From: Patescibacteria group bacterium
Lineage (GTDB): Bacteria; Patescibacteriota; Minisyncoccia; Phycocordibacterales; Phycocordibacteraceae
Assembly (NCBI GenBank): GCA_038064695.1
Contig: JBBTSO010000004.1
Location: 114,165 to 178,164 of the forward strand
Reading direction: 5' to 3'
DNA: 64,000 nucleotides
Shown: positions 26,727-36,792 of the stretch, one piece after another
How positions within the stretch are numbered: the first letter of the stretch is position 1
Layout of the letters: every line of letters starts with the position of its first letter
Translations under genes and position numbers: made by a program
The notes under the pieces: generated by a model
What the model saw: only the letters and a program-made list of their open reading frames with translations
What the model was told of the DNA's origin: nothing
Database searches by the model: none

Positions 26727-29044
26727 ATAGCAAGCGGCGTTTGCGGAGTTATTTCTATTTCACACGTCCCGCCCGCGCAGGCAAGTTCACGTTTCTGTTC
26801 TGTTTCGTCGGTCTGCTCGTATGTGACCAACTTCGCGTAGTCAACCACCGGGAACGCTCGGGCGATTTCCTCGTACCGTTCTTTACTGATTGCCTCATAC
26901 GGCGCGAGTTGGTAGATGTGGTCAAACCTCGGCAAGAATGAAAGTCCGCCGACAATATCCCAATTTTTTTGAATCCAATTTACCACTTCGATCCACTCAT
27001 CTTCTGCAACCGAAATAGTCGCGGAAGGATTATGCTCAGTGTACTCACATTTTACCCGTTTCCAGTACTCGAGCTGTTCGAGCGCAGACAGATCGTCTTT
27101 GAATACCGACCCTTCTGGTGCTTTGACCGGAAACTCTAAGACGTAGGTGGTTGCACGTTCTATCGTTTGTCCCACTTCAGGGACAAACGGCACGCCCTGG
27201 TCTTTGAGGAGCGCAAAGAGGGAATCGGTTGCTGAAATGCGGATACGACGAATGTAGTAGGGCGCGTGGCGCGGGTGGATACCTGACGAGCAGTTGAAAG
27301 TCTGCGACACTGTACCTGATGGCTTCACCGCAGTAACTGCGTGCGATGCAGAGACTCCAAACCGTGCTGCGTATTCAGCGTTTGTTTTGACCGCACACTC
27401 GCGCAGTGCACGGAGTGTCTCAGGATTTCGCGCCTCTTTTGAGTCCCACTGGCCAGTTATGGAGACACCTAACAGACGTTCTTCTTCGCAGTGCTGTTTC
27501 CACTCAGGGGAGAGGTATCGAAACGAGACGAGTGTTGACTGGTAGGTGCCTACTATAGCGGCGATACGAATTTTAGCGAGGAGTGTTTCGCCCGTATCGC
27601 CGCTCCGTGCAATGACTTCAGAGAGGTTACAAAACTGCTTTGACTGTAGGATTATTTCGCCGCACGGGTTCGTGCCGAGTGGGCCGTGAATGACACCATC
27701 CTCGCCTAAAAACCCGCGAGAAGCAAAGTACGGCTTTCGCCTCACGGGGAGTGTTTTACCAAGTGCTCCCCGATTAAAAATGCCGCGTTCGCCGGAGCCT
27801 GATTTCATCAAGGCAATCCACTCGTCCATCAACTCCGTGCTCGACGGTTGGTTGGTGTATACGGCTGAGTTGTTCGCGATAGTTCGGTGAGGTTCGGTGA
27901 GATAGAACTGACCTTTCTTTGCATCACGCATGTCGTAGTCGTCGAGATCAGAGAGTGAAATCATCGCGGTTCGTCGCACGCCACCTGAAACCACGCACTC
28001 GCCGATTTTGCAAATAATGTCGTGGACATCGATAGGGCGCAGACGCCTGCCTTGTCGTGCAAGAATTTTTCGTCGTGCGAACTCGAGAAGTGACCGAAGT
28101 GGTTCGGGACCCGATGCTTTTCCACCCATGGTTTTTAGGCGCGCTCCCGCAGGGCGGATTGCTGAAAAGTCGAAGGTGATGTCGGAACCTCCGTACCAGG
28201 CATTGAGCCCCGCACCGAGTGCATCGCACCACCCTTCTTTTGAATCGAGAACCGTGTAGAGGGGAAGAGTGATTCTTTTCTGTTTTTGTATTTGCGGGAG
28301 TCGCTCCACGTTTTCGCTCTCCACTGAAAATCCGACACCACAGCCCTGCATGGAAAGGTACATAATTTCTGAAAAGTCTTGGAGTGAAGACGGTGCAATA
28401 AACGTACAGTTGTAGGCGCACGTATTACATTTTCGCGCTGGTTCTCCCGCAAACTGCATCAGGCGCATTGAAGGCATTACCGACTGTGTGAGAATTGCAG
28501 TTTTGATTTCAGCATACTCATCAGCGCTTAGCATTTCTTGTAGATTTTCTTGCATAAAATCCATATACCGGTTCACCGTTTCAACCCACGTTTCGCGACG
28601 CTGTTCAGCATCAATCCACCGCGCGTAGGTGCGCAGGTACACCAGCTCGCCCAACGGATTTCCTTCAAAGTATTTTTTACTTTCCTCACTGAGCACACGT
28701 ACTCGATCAGAAACAGGTCGTGCGGTATACCGTGCGCGATTTCTCTCAGCGCGGTAGAGGATGTATACTTTTGCGGTTTTAGGGAAGTTTTGCGCAATGA
28801 GTTCTGCTTCTACATCGTCCTGAACTCCTTCAACTGTTGCAATAAATTGTTCATTTTTTTCTTTTCGAGCCTCAAGTCGTTTCACCACTCCACGAGCAAC
28901 ACAGTGAGGTGATTCAGCATTCCCTTCGTCGGCTGCACGCAAAGCTTTTGCGACCGCGGTTGCGATTTTTGTTTGGTCGAAAGCAACGATACTGCCGTCT
29001 CGTTTAATAATTAACGTAATGGCTGTGGATAGGGGTGTGTTCAT
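26723..29044 (-). CDS. nrdJ: Class II (AdoCbl-dependent) ribonucleotide reductase with N-terminal ATP-cone
   Basis: IIKRDG ATP-cone, RTYARW, GTNPCGEI, FCNLSE, VKPSGTVS, C-terminal CAGGTCE. Confidence 0.93.
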   Translation of the reverse strand: MNTPLSTAITLIIKRDGSIVAFDQTKIATAVAKALRAADEGNAESPHCVARGVVKRLEARKEKNEQFIATVEGVQDDVEAELIAQNFPKTAKVYILYRAERNRARYTARPVSDRVRVLSEESKKYFEGNPLGELVYLRTYARWIDAEQRRETWVETVNRYMDFMQENLQEMLSADEYAEIKTAILTQSVMPSMRLMQFAGEPARKCNTCAYNCTFIAPSSLQDFSEIMYLSMQGCGVGFSVESENVERLPQIQKQKRITLPLYTVLDSKEGWCDALGAGLNAWYGGSDITFDFSAIRPAGARLKTMGGKASGPEPLRSLLEFARRKILARQGRRLRPIDVHDIICKIGECVVSGGVRRTAMISLSDLDDYDMRDAKKGQFYLTEPHRTIANNSAVYTNQPSSTELMDEWIALMKSGSGERGIFNRGALGKTLPVRRKPYFASRGFLGEDGVIHGPLGTNPCGEIILQSKQFCNLSEVIARSGDTGETLLAKIRIAAIVGTYQSTLVSFRYLSPEWKQHCEEERLLGVSITGQWDSKEARNPETLRALRECAVKTNAEYAARFGVSASHAVTAVKPSGTVSQTFNCSSGIHPRHAPYYIRRIRISATDSLFALLKDQGVPFVPEVGQTIERATTYVLEFPVKAPEGSVFKDDLSALEQLEYWKRVKCEYTEHNPSATISVAEDEWIEVVNWIQKNWDIVGGLSFLPRFDHIYQLAPYEAISKERYEEIARAFPVVDYAKLVTYEQTDETEQKRELACAGGTCEIEITPQTPLAI

Positions 29045-29101
29045 AGGGCGGTGGGTGATATATTGATAATGGTCTATGTATAGTAATATAGACAATCATC
29101 T

Positions 29102-29479
29102 ATGAGTCAACGGAAGATAAAAAAAGTGGGGAAAAGAAGTAGTGGCACCACAAAAACACTTAAAGTTCAACCGCTTCGCCCTCGTCCGTCATGGGTACCT
29201 CAGACGATGGTTGGCGAAGAACTTCTATGTCCAGACTGTTTTAAAGTAGTTGGTGAGCGAAGTCGATACAACCTTGTGTGTTTGTTAGGAAAGCAAAAAG
29301 AGGGTATGACGGTCACGGAACTCACGGCACACCTCAAGTTACGCCAACCGACGGTAACTCACCATTTACAAACGCTCGCTTCGGTGGACGCGGTGTCGAG
29401 CGTGTCTCGCGGACGTGAACGCGTGTATACACTTAATCGCGATGCTCATTGTTTTGAAGAGTGTAAAATTCCTTACTAA
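29102..29479 (+). CDS. ArsR/SmtB family regulator, Cys-rich
   Basis: MTVTEL...QPTVTHHLQTL...GRERVY; CPDC and HCFEEC. Confidence 0.85.
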   Translation: MSQRKIKKVGKRSSGTTKTLKVQPLRPRPSWVPQTMVGEELLCPDCFKVVGERSRYNLVCLLGKQKEGMTVTELTAHLKLRQPTVTHHLQTLASVDAVSSVSRGRERVYTLNRDAHCFEECKIPY

Positions 29480-29502
29480 TCATTAGTTCATTCACTATAT
29501 TT

Positions 29503-30723
29503 ATGGAGCTTGTATCATACTTGTGGCAATACTTGGTTGAAGCTTTCGGGTTATCAATTGCGTATGTTTTTGCGGCGATTTTTATTTTTCTCGTGCTCCG
29601 CAATTTTAATTCGTGGAAAATTACTACGGCGCTGGTCGCTATTTTTATTGGCGTGTCGATCGCGTTTTATGTGCCGAACGGCATACCGAACGCGTTTCAG
29701 TATCCGTTTGGATTAAAAACCTTTGGTCCCGCAGCCGGCCCCGTGTTGCCGTTTCAAAACATCGTTTCATTTTTTAAACATTTCAACGAATTTGAACGGG
29801 TGGCGTCTATTGCGCGCGACCCGAACGACACTAAACCACAACACGCTGTCAGTGAAGACGGAGTTGTTGAAATTGATGTGGTCGCCAAAGAGGTTGTTGC
29901 TGAAATGGCAGACGGAGTCACGGTGAACTACTGGACCTTTGGCGGAACCGTGCCAGGACCGTTTATGCGCGTGAAAGAAGGTGATACCGTACGCCTCACC
30001 CTTTATAACGACCCTTCGAGTCTTCACCACCACTCTATTGACCTTCACGCAGTAACCGGCCCTGGAGGAGGTGCAGCAGCTACTATGGTTGCGCCTGGCG
30101 AAAGCAAGACCATTACGTTTAAGGCATTGAATGCGGGGCTCTTTATATACCACTGTGCGTACCCGAACGTGGCGAACCATATGGCGCACGGTATGTACGG
30201 ACTTGTTTTAGTGGAACCGGAAGGCGGACTTTCACCGGTTGATAAAGAGTTTTATATAACGCAAGGCGAGTTTTATACCTCCGGCGCGCTTGGCCGGCAA
30301 GGGTTGCAGTTGTTTGACCCACAGGCAATGCTTGATGGAAAACCACAGTACGTGGTGTTTAACGGAAAAGTTGGAGCGCTCTCAAACAATATGACTGCGA
30401 ACGTGGGAGACACGGTTCGTATGTTTGTCGGAAATGGTGGCGTCAATTTAATTTCAAGTTTTCACGTTATTGGAGAAATTTTTGACCGTGTGTACCGCGA
30501 GGGCGATCTAGTAACATCACCGGCAGAGAGTGTCCAAACTACACTCGTTCCCGCGGGGGGTGCGACGATGGTGGAGTTTACCGTAGATTACCCCGGCAAC
30601 TACGTTCTTGTTGACCACGCGCTGTCACGACTTGACCGTGGTGCGTGGGGGGTGCTCCATGTTGACGGCGCCGCTGATCCGACCATATTTGACGGAAACA
30701 TTGAGACAAGCCACGGACACTAG
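29503..30723 (+). CDS. nirK: Copper-containing nitrite reductase with N-terminal TM extension
   Basis: HSIDLHAV, YHCA, HMAHGMYG, SSFHVIGEIFD, LVDHAL. Confidence 0.92.
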   Translation: MELVSYLWQYLVEAFGLSIAYVFAAIFIFLVLRNFNSWKITTALVAIFIGVSIAFYVPNGIPNAFQYPFGLKTFGPAAGPVLPFQNIVSFFKHFNEFERVASIARDPNDTKPQHAVSEDGVVEIDVVAKEVVAEMADGVTVNYWTFGGTVPGPFMRVKEGDTVRLTLYNDPSSLHHHSIDLHAVTGPGGGAAATMVAPGESKTITFKALNAGLFIYHCAYPNVANHMAHGMYGLVLVEPEGGLSPVDKEFYITQGEFYTSGALGRQGLQLFDPQAMLDGKPQYVVFNGKVGALSNNMTANVGDTVRMFVGNGGVNLISSFHVIGEIFDRVYREGDLVTSPAESVQTTLVPAGGATMVEFTVDYPGNYVLVDHALSRLDRGAWGVLHVDGAADPTIFDGNIETSHGH

Positions 30724-30757
30724 GCGCATTTTAAACGATTAGTGTTATAGTGCTTCA

Positions 30758-31393
30758 ATGCAAAAAGAAGTCGTCGCAAAAGCACTCTACCAGCTGAAAA
30801 AAGATTCACATCTGAAGGGGCTCATCGCGCGGTTTCCTGAACCCGATTTTGACGGTGGGCAAAAGGGTCTGACGGCCTTCCAGGCGCTTCTTCGGGCCAT
30901 TGTGTTTCAACAACTCTCTGGCAAGGCGGCGCGGACTATTCTTGACCGATTTTTGGAACAATTTCCGAAAGGGCGTTTTCCATCACCGGAAGAAGTAAAA
31001 AAACTACCCGAAAGCGCGTTCCGCTCCGCAGGTATATCTTCTCAAAAAACCAGCTATCTTAAAGACTTAGCAGAAAAGTTTCTTGACGGCACCGTAGTAC
31101 CAAAACATTTTTCAAAAATGACCGATGAAGAAATCCACGAACATGTCGTAGCAGTGAAAGGTGTTGGACCGTGGACGGCGGATATGTTTTTAATGTTTAC
31201 CTTGGGAAGGCCAGACGTGCTGCCGACGGGGGATTTAGGAATTCAAAAAGCAATGCAAAAATTATTTAAACTAAAAACTCTTCCAACTCCTGAAAAAATG
31301 CGCTCGCTTGCTGAAGAGTGGCGTCCCTACCGAACAGTCGCTTGCTGGTACTTATGGCGCCTTTCTGATGAAGGAAACACCAACCGCCCGTAA
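30758..31393 (+). CDS. HhH-GPD DNA-3-methyladenine glycosylase (AlkA family)
   Basis: QQLSGKAA, VKGVGPWTADMFLMF, GDLG, WRPYRT. Confidence 0.9.
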   Translation: MQKEVVAKALYQLKKDSHLKGLIARFPEPDFDGGQKGLTAFQALLRAIVFQQLSGKAARTILDRFLEQFPKGRFPSPEEVKKLPESAFRSAGISSQKTSYLKDLAEKFLDGTVVPKHFSKMTDEEIHEHVVAVKGVGPWTADMFLMFTLGRPDVLPTGDLGIQKAMQKLFKLKTLPTPEKMRSLAEEWRPYRTVACWYLWRLSDEGNTNRP

Positions 31394-31438
31394 CTTTAAT
31401 AATCCATTCTTCTCTTTAAATTATTTTATCAAAAATTG

Positions 31439-31480
31439 CCCCCCAATTATCTCTGACGGTCGTCAGAGATAATTGGGGGG
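31439..31480. repeat. REP-like palindrome, copy 2
   Basis: CCCCCCAATTATCTCTGACG-gt-CGTCAGAGATAATTGGGGGG; the G run extends to 13 G (31475-31487). Confidence 0.8.
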
Positions 31481-31534
31481 GGGGGGGAATAGAGAGAAGG
31501 GTTAGTGAATGTTGAGAATTTGGCCAAAAAGTTT

Positions 31535-32440
31535 TTAGTAAAGGGCTTTGATGTCGGCTAGAGAGAACGTATGGTTTTGGGTTCCTTGGGTTTCAATAGC
31601 ATAGGAAGCGGCTGCTGAGGCAAGTTGAGCACATTCGCGTATAGAAAGGTCCATAGCGAGCCCCTTAATAAGTCCCGCACGGTACGCGTCTCCCGCGCCC
31701 GTGGGGTCGGTTACCACATCAGCAGGAACTTTATCTACTTCAATAACGGACCCTTCTGTGTGAATACGTGACCCTTCCTCTCCGAGAGTAGTAATTACCA
31801 CGGGCACGCGTTGGTACAATTCCTCTTCGGTCCATCCGAGTTTTGCAAGTGAGAGTGCCATTTCATAGTCGTTTGCCACAAAAATCCATGCATTTCCAAC
31901 GCACGTTCGGTACTCCTCAGGCGTAAATGTGGGTGTTTGTTGACCAGGATCAAAAATGTACCGCATGTCGTTAGCTTTACAGTGTTCCGCGAAAGCAAGC
32001 ATTTCTTTTGCGTACGACGGCGCGATGATGGTAATGCTGTCAGAACCAACAGGGAACTCACCAGGGTAAATATCACTTCCTGCGCCTTGGTGGAACCCCG
32101 TAATTTGGTTATTGTCGCGGTCAGACATAATGTGCGCCTGAGGGGTCAATTTCTCTGGTAGAGGTATCACGTGTTCACGCGATATCTTAATGCGAGAAAA
32201 ATATTCAAGGTACCGATTTCCGTCACCCCCCACTACGCTGTAGAGGATAGGGTCTATACCGAGAAGTTTTAAATTGTATGCAATATTGGCACCAGCACCA
32301 CCAAAACTTTCTTCTATAGTTTCAATGGGAAAGCTCACTGAGAGTGCGTGGATTTTGTCAGGCAAAAAGTGGTCTTTGAAACTACCATCAAAGTAAAGGA
32401 TACGGTCGTACGCAGTAGATCCTGTTACATTAATTTTCAT
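31535..32440 (-). CDS. PfkB-family kinase (adenosine/nucleoside kinase-like)
   Basis: TGSTAYD, GGAGANIAY, DPGQQ, NDYE, DPTGAGDAYRAG. Confidence 0.9.
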   Translation of the reverse strand: MKINVTGSTAYDRILYFDGSFKDHFLPDKIHALSVSFPIETIEESFGGAGANIAYNLKLLGIDPILYSVVGGDGNRYLEYFSRIKISREHVIPLPEKLTPQAHIMSDRDNNQITGFHQGAGSDIYPGEFPVGSDSITIIAPSYAKEMLAFAEHCKANDMRYIFDPGQQTPTFTPEEYRTCVGNAWIFVANDYEMALSLAKLGWTEEELYQRVPVVITTLGEEGSRIHTEGSVIEVDKVPADVVTDPTGAGDAYRAGLIKGLAMDLSIRECAQLASAAASYAIETQGTQNHTFSLADIKALY

Positions 32441-32446
32441 AGAGTG

Positions 32447-33370
32447 TTAGTGAGCATTAAGAAAGAGGTAAATATCTTCCAATGCTTTTACGGCATCTCC
32501 CGCGGCGATGTTGTTCTGGTGGTAGAGACCGTTGGTGCAGTCTCCCGCAGCCCAAATGCCGTTTAAATTGGTGCGTTGTGTGCGCGGGTCCACAATGATG
32601 CGGTTGTACTGATCCATATCCACAATGTCTTTCACAAAGTGTGTGTTGGGAATCATGCCAATTTCCACGAAGATGCCGGCAACCGGAAGTGTTTGTTCAA
32701 TGCTGGTTTTTGTATCTTTGTATTTTAATCCTGACACAAATTTGTCTCCCTGTACTTCAGTAGTTTCAGCGTTCGTAATGCCTCGCATGTGGGGGTGGGC
32801 AAGGACTTTGGCAACCGTGGAAGGATCCGCGGTGTACGTGTCGCCGCGCTGCAGGAGTGTCACCGACTTTGCGTAGGCGAGCAGCTGGGATGCGGTTTCA
32901 AATCCTGCGTTGCCACCACCGATGACGGCGACATCCTGACCAGAAAACAGAGGTCCGTCACACGAGGCACAGTACGTAAGGCCTTTATTATCAAACTTTA
33001 GAGCGCCAGGCGCATCTAGTTTACGACGGTTACCACCCGTGGTGACAAGAATCGTTTTGGCATTTAGCACTTCTCCTTTTTTAGTGGTGATAGTGAAGTG
33101 GTTGTCAGTGCACGTTACCTTCTCTACCAGATCTTCTGTTTTTATATCCACCACGTCACCTGCGTATGCACGGACGTGTTTTTCTAAATCTTTTGCAAGT
33201 TGATCCCCTGGAATTGTGGTCGTTCCTATCCAGTTTTGAATGTCAGGAGAAACGACGCTCTGACCTCCAAAGTCGCTAGTTACGAGCACGGTTTTGAGAA
33301 GTTTGCGCGCGGCGTACACTGCTGCGGCCGATCCGCCGGGGCCCGCGCCTATGATTGCTAAGTCGTACAT
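32447..33370 (-). CDS. Thioredoxin reductase / AhpF-like flavoprotein
   Basis: IIGAGPGG, YCASCDG, VIGGGNAG, AAGD. Confidence 0.9.
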   Translation of the reverse strand: MYDLAIIGAGPGGSAAAVYAARKLLKTVLVTSDFGGQSVVSPDIQNWIGTTTIPGDQLAKDLEKHVRAYAGDVVDIKTEDLVEKVTCTDNHFTITTKKGEVLNAKTILVTTGGNRRKLDAPGALKFDNKGLTYCASCDGPLFSGQDVAVIGGGNAGFETASQLLAYAKSVTLLQRGDTYTADPSTVAKVLAHPHMRGITNAETTEVQGDKFVSGLKYKDTKTSIEQTLPVAGIFVEIGMIPNTHFVKDIVDMDQYNRIIVDPRTQRTNLNGIWAAGDCTNGLYHQNNIAAGDAVKALEDIYLFLNAH

Positions 33371-33473
33371 AAAAAGTAATGAGTTATGAGTAATGAGAAA
33401 AAACAACTACAGAAATACATTCTAACAACAAACGCCGCGTCTATCTAGTGACGCGGCGTTTAATGGTTTAACC

Positions 33474-34676
33474 CTACTCTTGATTTTTGCGGCTCCGACG
33501 GAGGAATGCGGGTACGGCACCCCAATCGTCGTCTTCGTCACTCGCTTTTGGAGTTGTTTTTTTGGATGACTCTTCAGGAGAAGTTTTTTCAGTAACCTCG
33601 TCTGAAGGGAGAACGGTATTATAAATTCTGCCTGAGCGCTCCTCTTCAACGGTCGCCTCACGACGCTCTTTCTTTCCAGCGCCCATCTGGAAGAGGGGAG
33701 CTCCACGAGACCCACCTGGTTCGTCTGAGAAACCGGTTGCAATAACGGTGACGCGAATTTCACCTCGTTTGAGGCGTTCGTCTTTTGAGGTACCAAAGAT
33801 AACTTTTGCATTCTTATCAATAGTCTCGGTTACAATTTGTGCCGCTGCCTGAACTTCTAAGAGTCCTAGATCTTCGCCTCCCGCAATAGAGAGGAGAACG
33901 CCCTTCGCACCGTTGATAGAAATATCCAAGAGAGGGGAGTTGATTGCAAGGCGTGCTGCTTCTTCCGCGCGTTTGTCGCCTGCGGCAACACCCACACCCA
34001 TCAACGCGCTTCCCGCATCTTCCATGACTGCTTTGATGTCGGCGAAGTCAAGGTTGATAGAACCCGGCGTGGTGATGAGGTCAGAGACGCCTTCAACTGC
34101 TTGACGCAATACTTCGTCACACATAGCGAAGGCGCTTTTTACCGTGGTGTTTTGGTCAACTACCGCAAGGAGGCGGTCGTTAGGAATGACAATGAGCGCG
34201 TCGACTTCTTTACGCAACTCTTCAAGACCGCTCTCAGCAAGGCGCATGCGCTGCTGTCCTTCAAATGAAAATGGTTTGGTAACGACTGCCACGGTCAAGG
34301 CACCAAGGTCACGCGCAATGCGCGCAACTACCGGTGCACTTCCCGTACCCGTTCCTCCTCCTTCTCCGCAGGCGATAAACACCATGTCGGATCCGCGAAG
34401 TGAGTCTTGAATTTCAGCTTGCGTTTCTTCCGCAGCGCGTTTTCCAAGTTCAGGGTTCATGCCGGCACCCAATCCTCTGGTCAAATTTTTTCCAATGTGG
34501 ATTTTTGCTTTCGCGAGTGATTTTTGCAAATCTTGCGCATCAGTGTTGATGACGAGGAAATCTACTCCCTTCACTTTGGAAGCGATCATGTGGTTGATGG
34601 CGTTTCCACCAGAACCTCCTACCCCGACAACGCGTATCCGTGCTGCAGACTCGCTCTCCTGATGAATTTGTGGCAT
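33474..34676 (-). CDS. ftsZ: Cell division protein FtsZ
   Basis: VGVGGSGGNA, GLGAG, GGGTGTG, NLDFAD, C-terminal VPAFLRR. Confidence 0.98.
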   Translation of the reverse strand: MPQIHQESESAARIRVVGVGGSGGNAINHMIASKVKGVDFLVINTDAQDLQKSLAKAKIHIGKNLTRGLGAGMNPELGKRAAEETQAEIQDSLRGSDMVFIACGEGGGTGTGSAPVVARIARDLGALTVAVVTKPFSFEGQQRMRLAESGLEELRKEVDALIVIPNDRLLAVVDQNTTVKSAFAMCDEVLRQAVEGVSDLITTPGSINLDFADIKAVMEDAGSALMGVGVAAGDKRAEEAARLAINSPLLDISINGAKGVLLSIAGGEDLGLLEVQAAAQIVTETIDKNAKVIFGTSKDERLKRGEIRVTVIATGFSDEPGGSRGAPLFQMGAGKKERREATVEEERSGRIYNTVLPSDEVTEKTSPEESSKKTTPKASDEDDDWGAVPAFLRRSRKNQE

Positions 34677-34754
34677 GTGTTTTTTTAACCCTAGTAAGTA
34701 GGACTATGATACTCGCTTCAGGGTGTTATGAAAAGCACTTGACTTTTTCTTGCT

Positions 34755-34820
34755 TTTAGTTGCTAGTTGTTAGCGGTTAGTTTCTAGCTAAACACTAGCC
34801 ACCAGTAACTAGCCACTAGT
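34755..34820. repeat. TAG-rich heptamer array (inverted pair)
   Basis: ttagttg ctagttg ttagcgg ttagttt ... ctagcca ccagtaa ctagcca. Confidence 0.7.
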
Positions 34821-35993
34821 TTAGGGCAAAAACTGTTTAAAAAAATGATGAATTGAGGAACCAAACTTTCCTACGGCGTTTTTCATGGCGCTCGTGTCAC
34901 CCGACTCTCCCGTGAGCCCCCACATAGTGAGACCATACGCCACTGCCCACGATGAATCTTTTATTTTCCCTCCCTGCGCGTTGTTGAGTGAGATTGTTTT
35001 TGAAGGGAGCTTGAGCGCGTGCGCGGCGATTTCTTTTATGGGACCAATGCCTGCGCCACCACCAGAGAGAATAATTCCCGCGGGCAACAGTTGATCTTTT
35101 CCTAATTTTTTCAAATGTACATCAATGAGTTCAAAAATGTCAGTGAGGCGCGCGGAGAGAATGTCGTCAAATTTTTTCTTCGGGTAGGTTCCCCCAATGA
35201 CCGCGCCAAGTTTAAGTTGTTCAGCTTCGTCCAAAGAAACACGCAACCCCAACGCGATGTCTTTGGTGATATCCATTGAACCAATTTTCAGCACTTTCAG
35301 TGAAATGGGCGCGCCATTTTCAAATACCACGATGGAAACGGTTTCTGATCCAATGTTGGCAAGCACGCACCCCGCGCGCTTTTCCGCGTTCGTCACCGTG
35401 ACAATAGAGCCCGCGAGTGGGGAAGCCATAACGTCGGCAACTGAAATATCTGCGCCTTCTACTGCTTCAATAAGGTCACGCACGTGTTGCTCTAAACACG
35501 TGACGAAGAGTGCTTCAACGGAAAGTTTTGAACCCTTCATTCCTTGCGGGTGTCCTAAAACTTCCGCACCGTCTATGGAGTAGGTTACGGGAATGGTGTG
35601 AAGCACGCGGCGATTCATTAAACGCCCTTTGGCGTTTTCCTGCGCGCCTTCCAACGCACGCTCTACGTCGAGGTCAGTCACTTCAGCATCGGCGCGCGCA
35701 ATGACCACTTCGCCGCGGCTACGTACTTCGTCAAGCCCAATACCTCCTACCGCAAGGAAGGCGCTTCGCACGCGTACTCCCGCAATTTCTTCTGCCTGCG
35801 CTGTTGCCTGACGTACCGCGCGCGTGACGTCTTGAATGTTCGTAATGTATCCGTGTCGAAGTCCTTTGCTTTCAGCAAAACCAGTACCAATTATTTTAGG
35901 AGTCGTATTTGCCGAGTCTCCCGACTCGCGAGCAATAACCACCCGCACGTGGTAGGTTCCTATATCTATTCCAACTGCAATGCGTTGAGCCAT
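34821..35993 (-). CDS. ftsA: Cell division protein FtsA
   Basis: GIDIGT, GLRHGYI, ITKDIA, AEQLK, LSGGG; upstream of ftsZ. Confidence 0.95.
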   Translation of the reverse strand: MAQRIAVGIDIGTYHVRVVIARESGDSANTTPKIIGTGFAESKGLRHGYITNIQDVTRAVRQATAQAEEIAGVRVRSAFLAVGGIGLDEVRSRGEVVIARADAEVTDLDVERALEGAQENAKGRLMNRRVLHTIPVTYSIDGAEVLGHPQGMKGSKLSVEALFVTCLEQHVRDLIEAVEGADISVADVMASPLAGSIVTVTNAEKRAGCVLANIGSETVSIVVFENGAPISLKVLKIGSMDITKDIALGLRVSLDEAEQLKLGAVIGGTYPKKKFDDILSARLTDIFELIDVHLKKLGKDQLLPAGIILSGGGAGIGPIKEIAAHALKLPSKTISLNNAQGGKIKDSSWAVAYGLTMWGLTGESGDTSAMKNAVGKFGSSIHHFFKQFLP

Positions 35994-36097
35994 GGTATTA
36001 AAATGGTGTGTGGTGCGTGAGCGCCTTTTTATTGTACCTTAGCGCGCGGACTTTCTTGGTACGGGCGCACGCCAACCTGTTAGGAACACTGACGTAC

Positions 36098-36493
36098 TTA
36101 GCGCAGCGGCTTCTGTAGTTTAAACGCGCGTAGCCATCGGTCTTCCAATTTTTCCATTGTACGCCCGTGGGTGTACCCCTTCAAATGTAAACACCCGTGG
36201 ATAAAAACATACGCGAGGTATGCGCGAGGGGAGAGTGAAAAGAGTGATGCTTTTTTGGTCACGCTCCTCATATGGAGTACTATTTCACCGGAGTTTTTTG
36301 AGAGGGGAAATGAAAGAATATCGGTCGGAGTATTTTTTTTTCGATACGTGGCGTTTAAGTCGCGCATTCGTTTTTCACCCACAAAAACCACTGAGAGCGC
36401 GTATGACCCTCCAAGAATTTTTTCTTTAATAACAGAAAACGCCACGCGGGGTAGGGAACTCCGCGTGGCGTTTTTTAGTGAAAAGGTGTCCAT
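36098..36493 (-). CDS. ybeY: rRNA maturation endonuclease
   Basis: LNATYR, TDILSF, HGCLHLKGYTH. Confidence 0.92.
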   Translation of the reverse strand: MDTFSLKNATRSSLPRVAFSVIKEKILGGSYALSVVFVGEKRMRDLNATYRKKNTPTDILSFPLSKNSGEIVLHMRSVTKKASLFSLSPRAYLAYVFIHGCLHLKGYTHGRTMEKLEDRWLRAFKLQKPLR

Positions 36494-36496
36494 TGT

Positions 36497-36745
36497 CTAA
36501 CGGCGTCGTCCTCGAACTTGCGGCACAATGAGGCCCAATTTTTCTTTCTCCTCACGCTCTTCAACGCGTTCAATTCTGCGGAGTGCTGAGGCGCGCTTCT
36601 TGGTTTTTGAAAGCGTGCGCGTGTGGTAGCGAATACTCTTCGCGCGACGAACGACGCCCGACCCCTGAACGCGTTTTGAAAAACGTCTAATTAAAGACGG
36701 GGTTGATTCAGACCCGGTTTTCTTTACTGATGCGGTAATTGCCAT
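36497..36745 (-). CDS. rpsU: 30S ribosomal protein S21-like
   Basis: Basic 82 aa; ES..SLIRRFSKRVQGSG. Confidence 0.7.
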   Translation of the reverse strand: MAITASVKKTGSESTPSLIRRFSKRVQGSGVVRRAKSIRYHTRTLSKTKKRASALRRIERVEEREEKEKLGLIVPQVRGRRR

Positions 36746-36792
36746 AGTTTTTCAATTAAAACACACCATTGGCTTTTCTGCAATGCACCCCC

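Noticed and set aside
29045-29101. Cobalamin riboswitch upstream of nrdJ
   Set aside because: The intergenic region is only 57 bp and shows no B12-box
31475-31487. 13-G homopolymer as a phase-variation switch
   Set aside because: Intergenic between convergent genes, part of a palindrome arm, and its length may be a sequencing artefact
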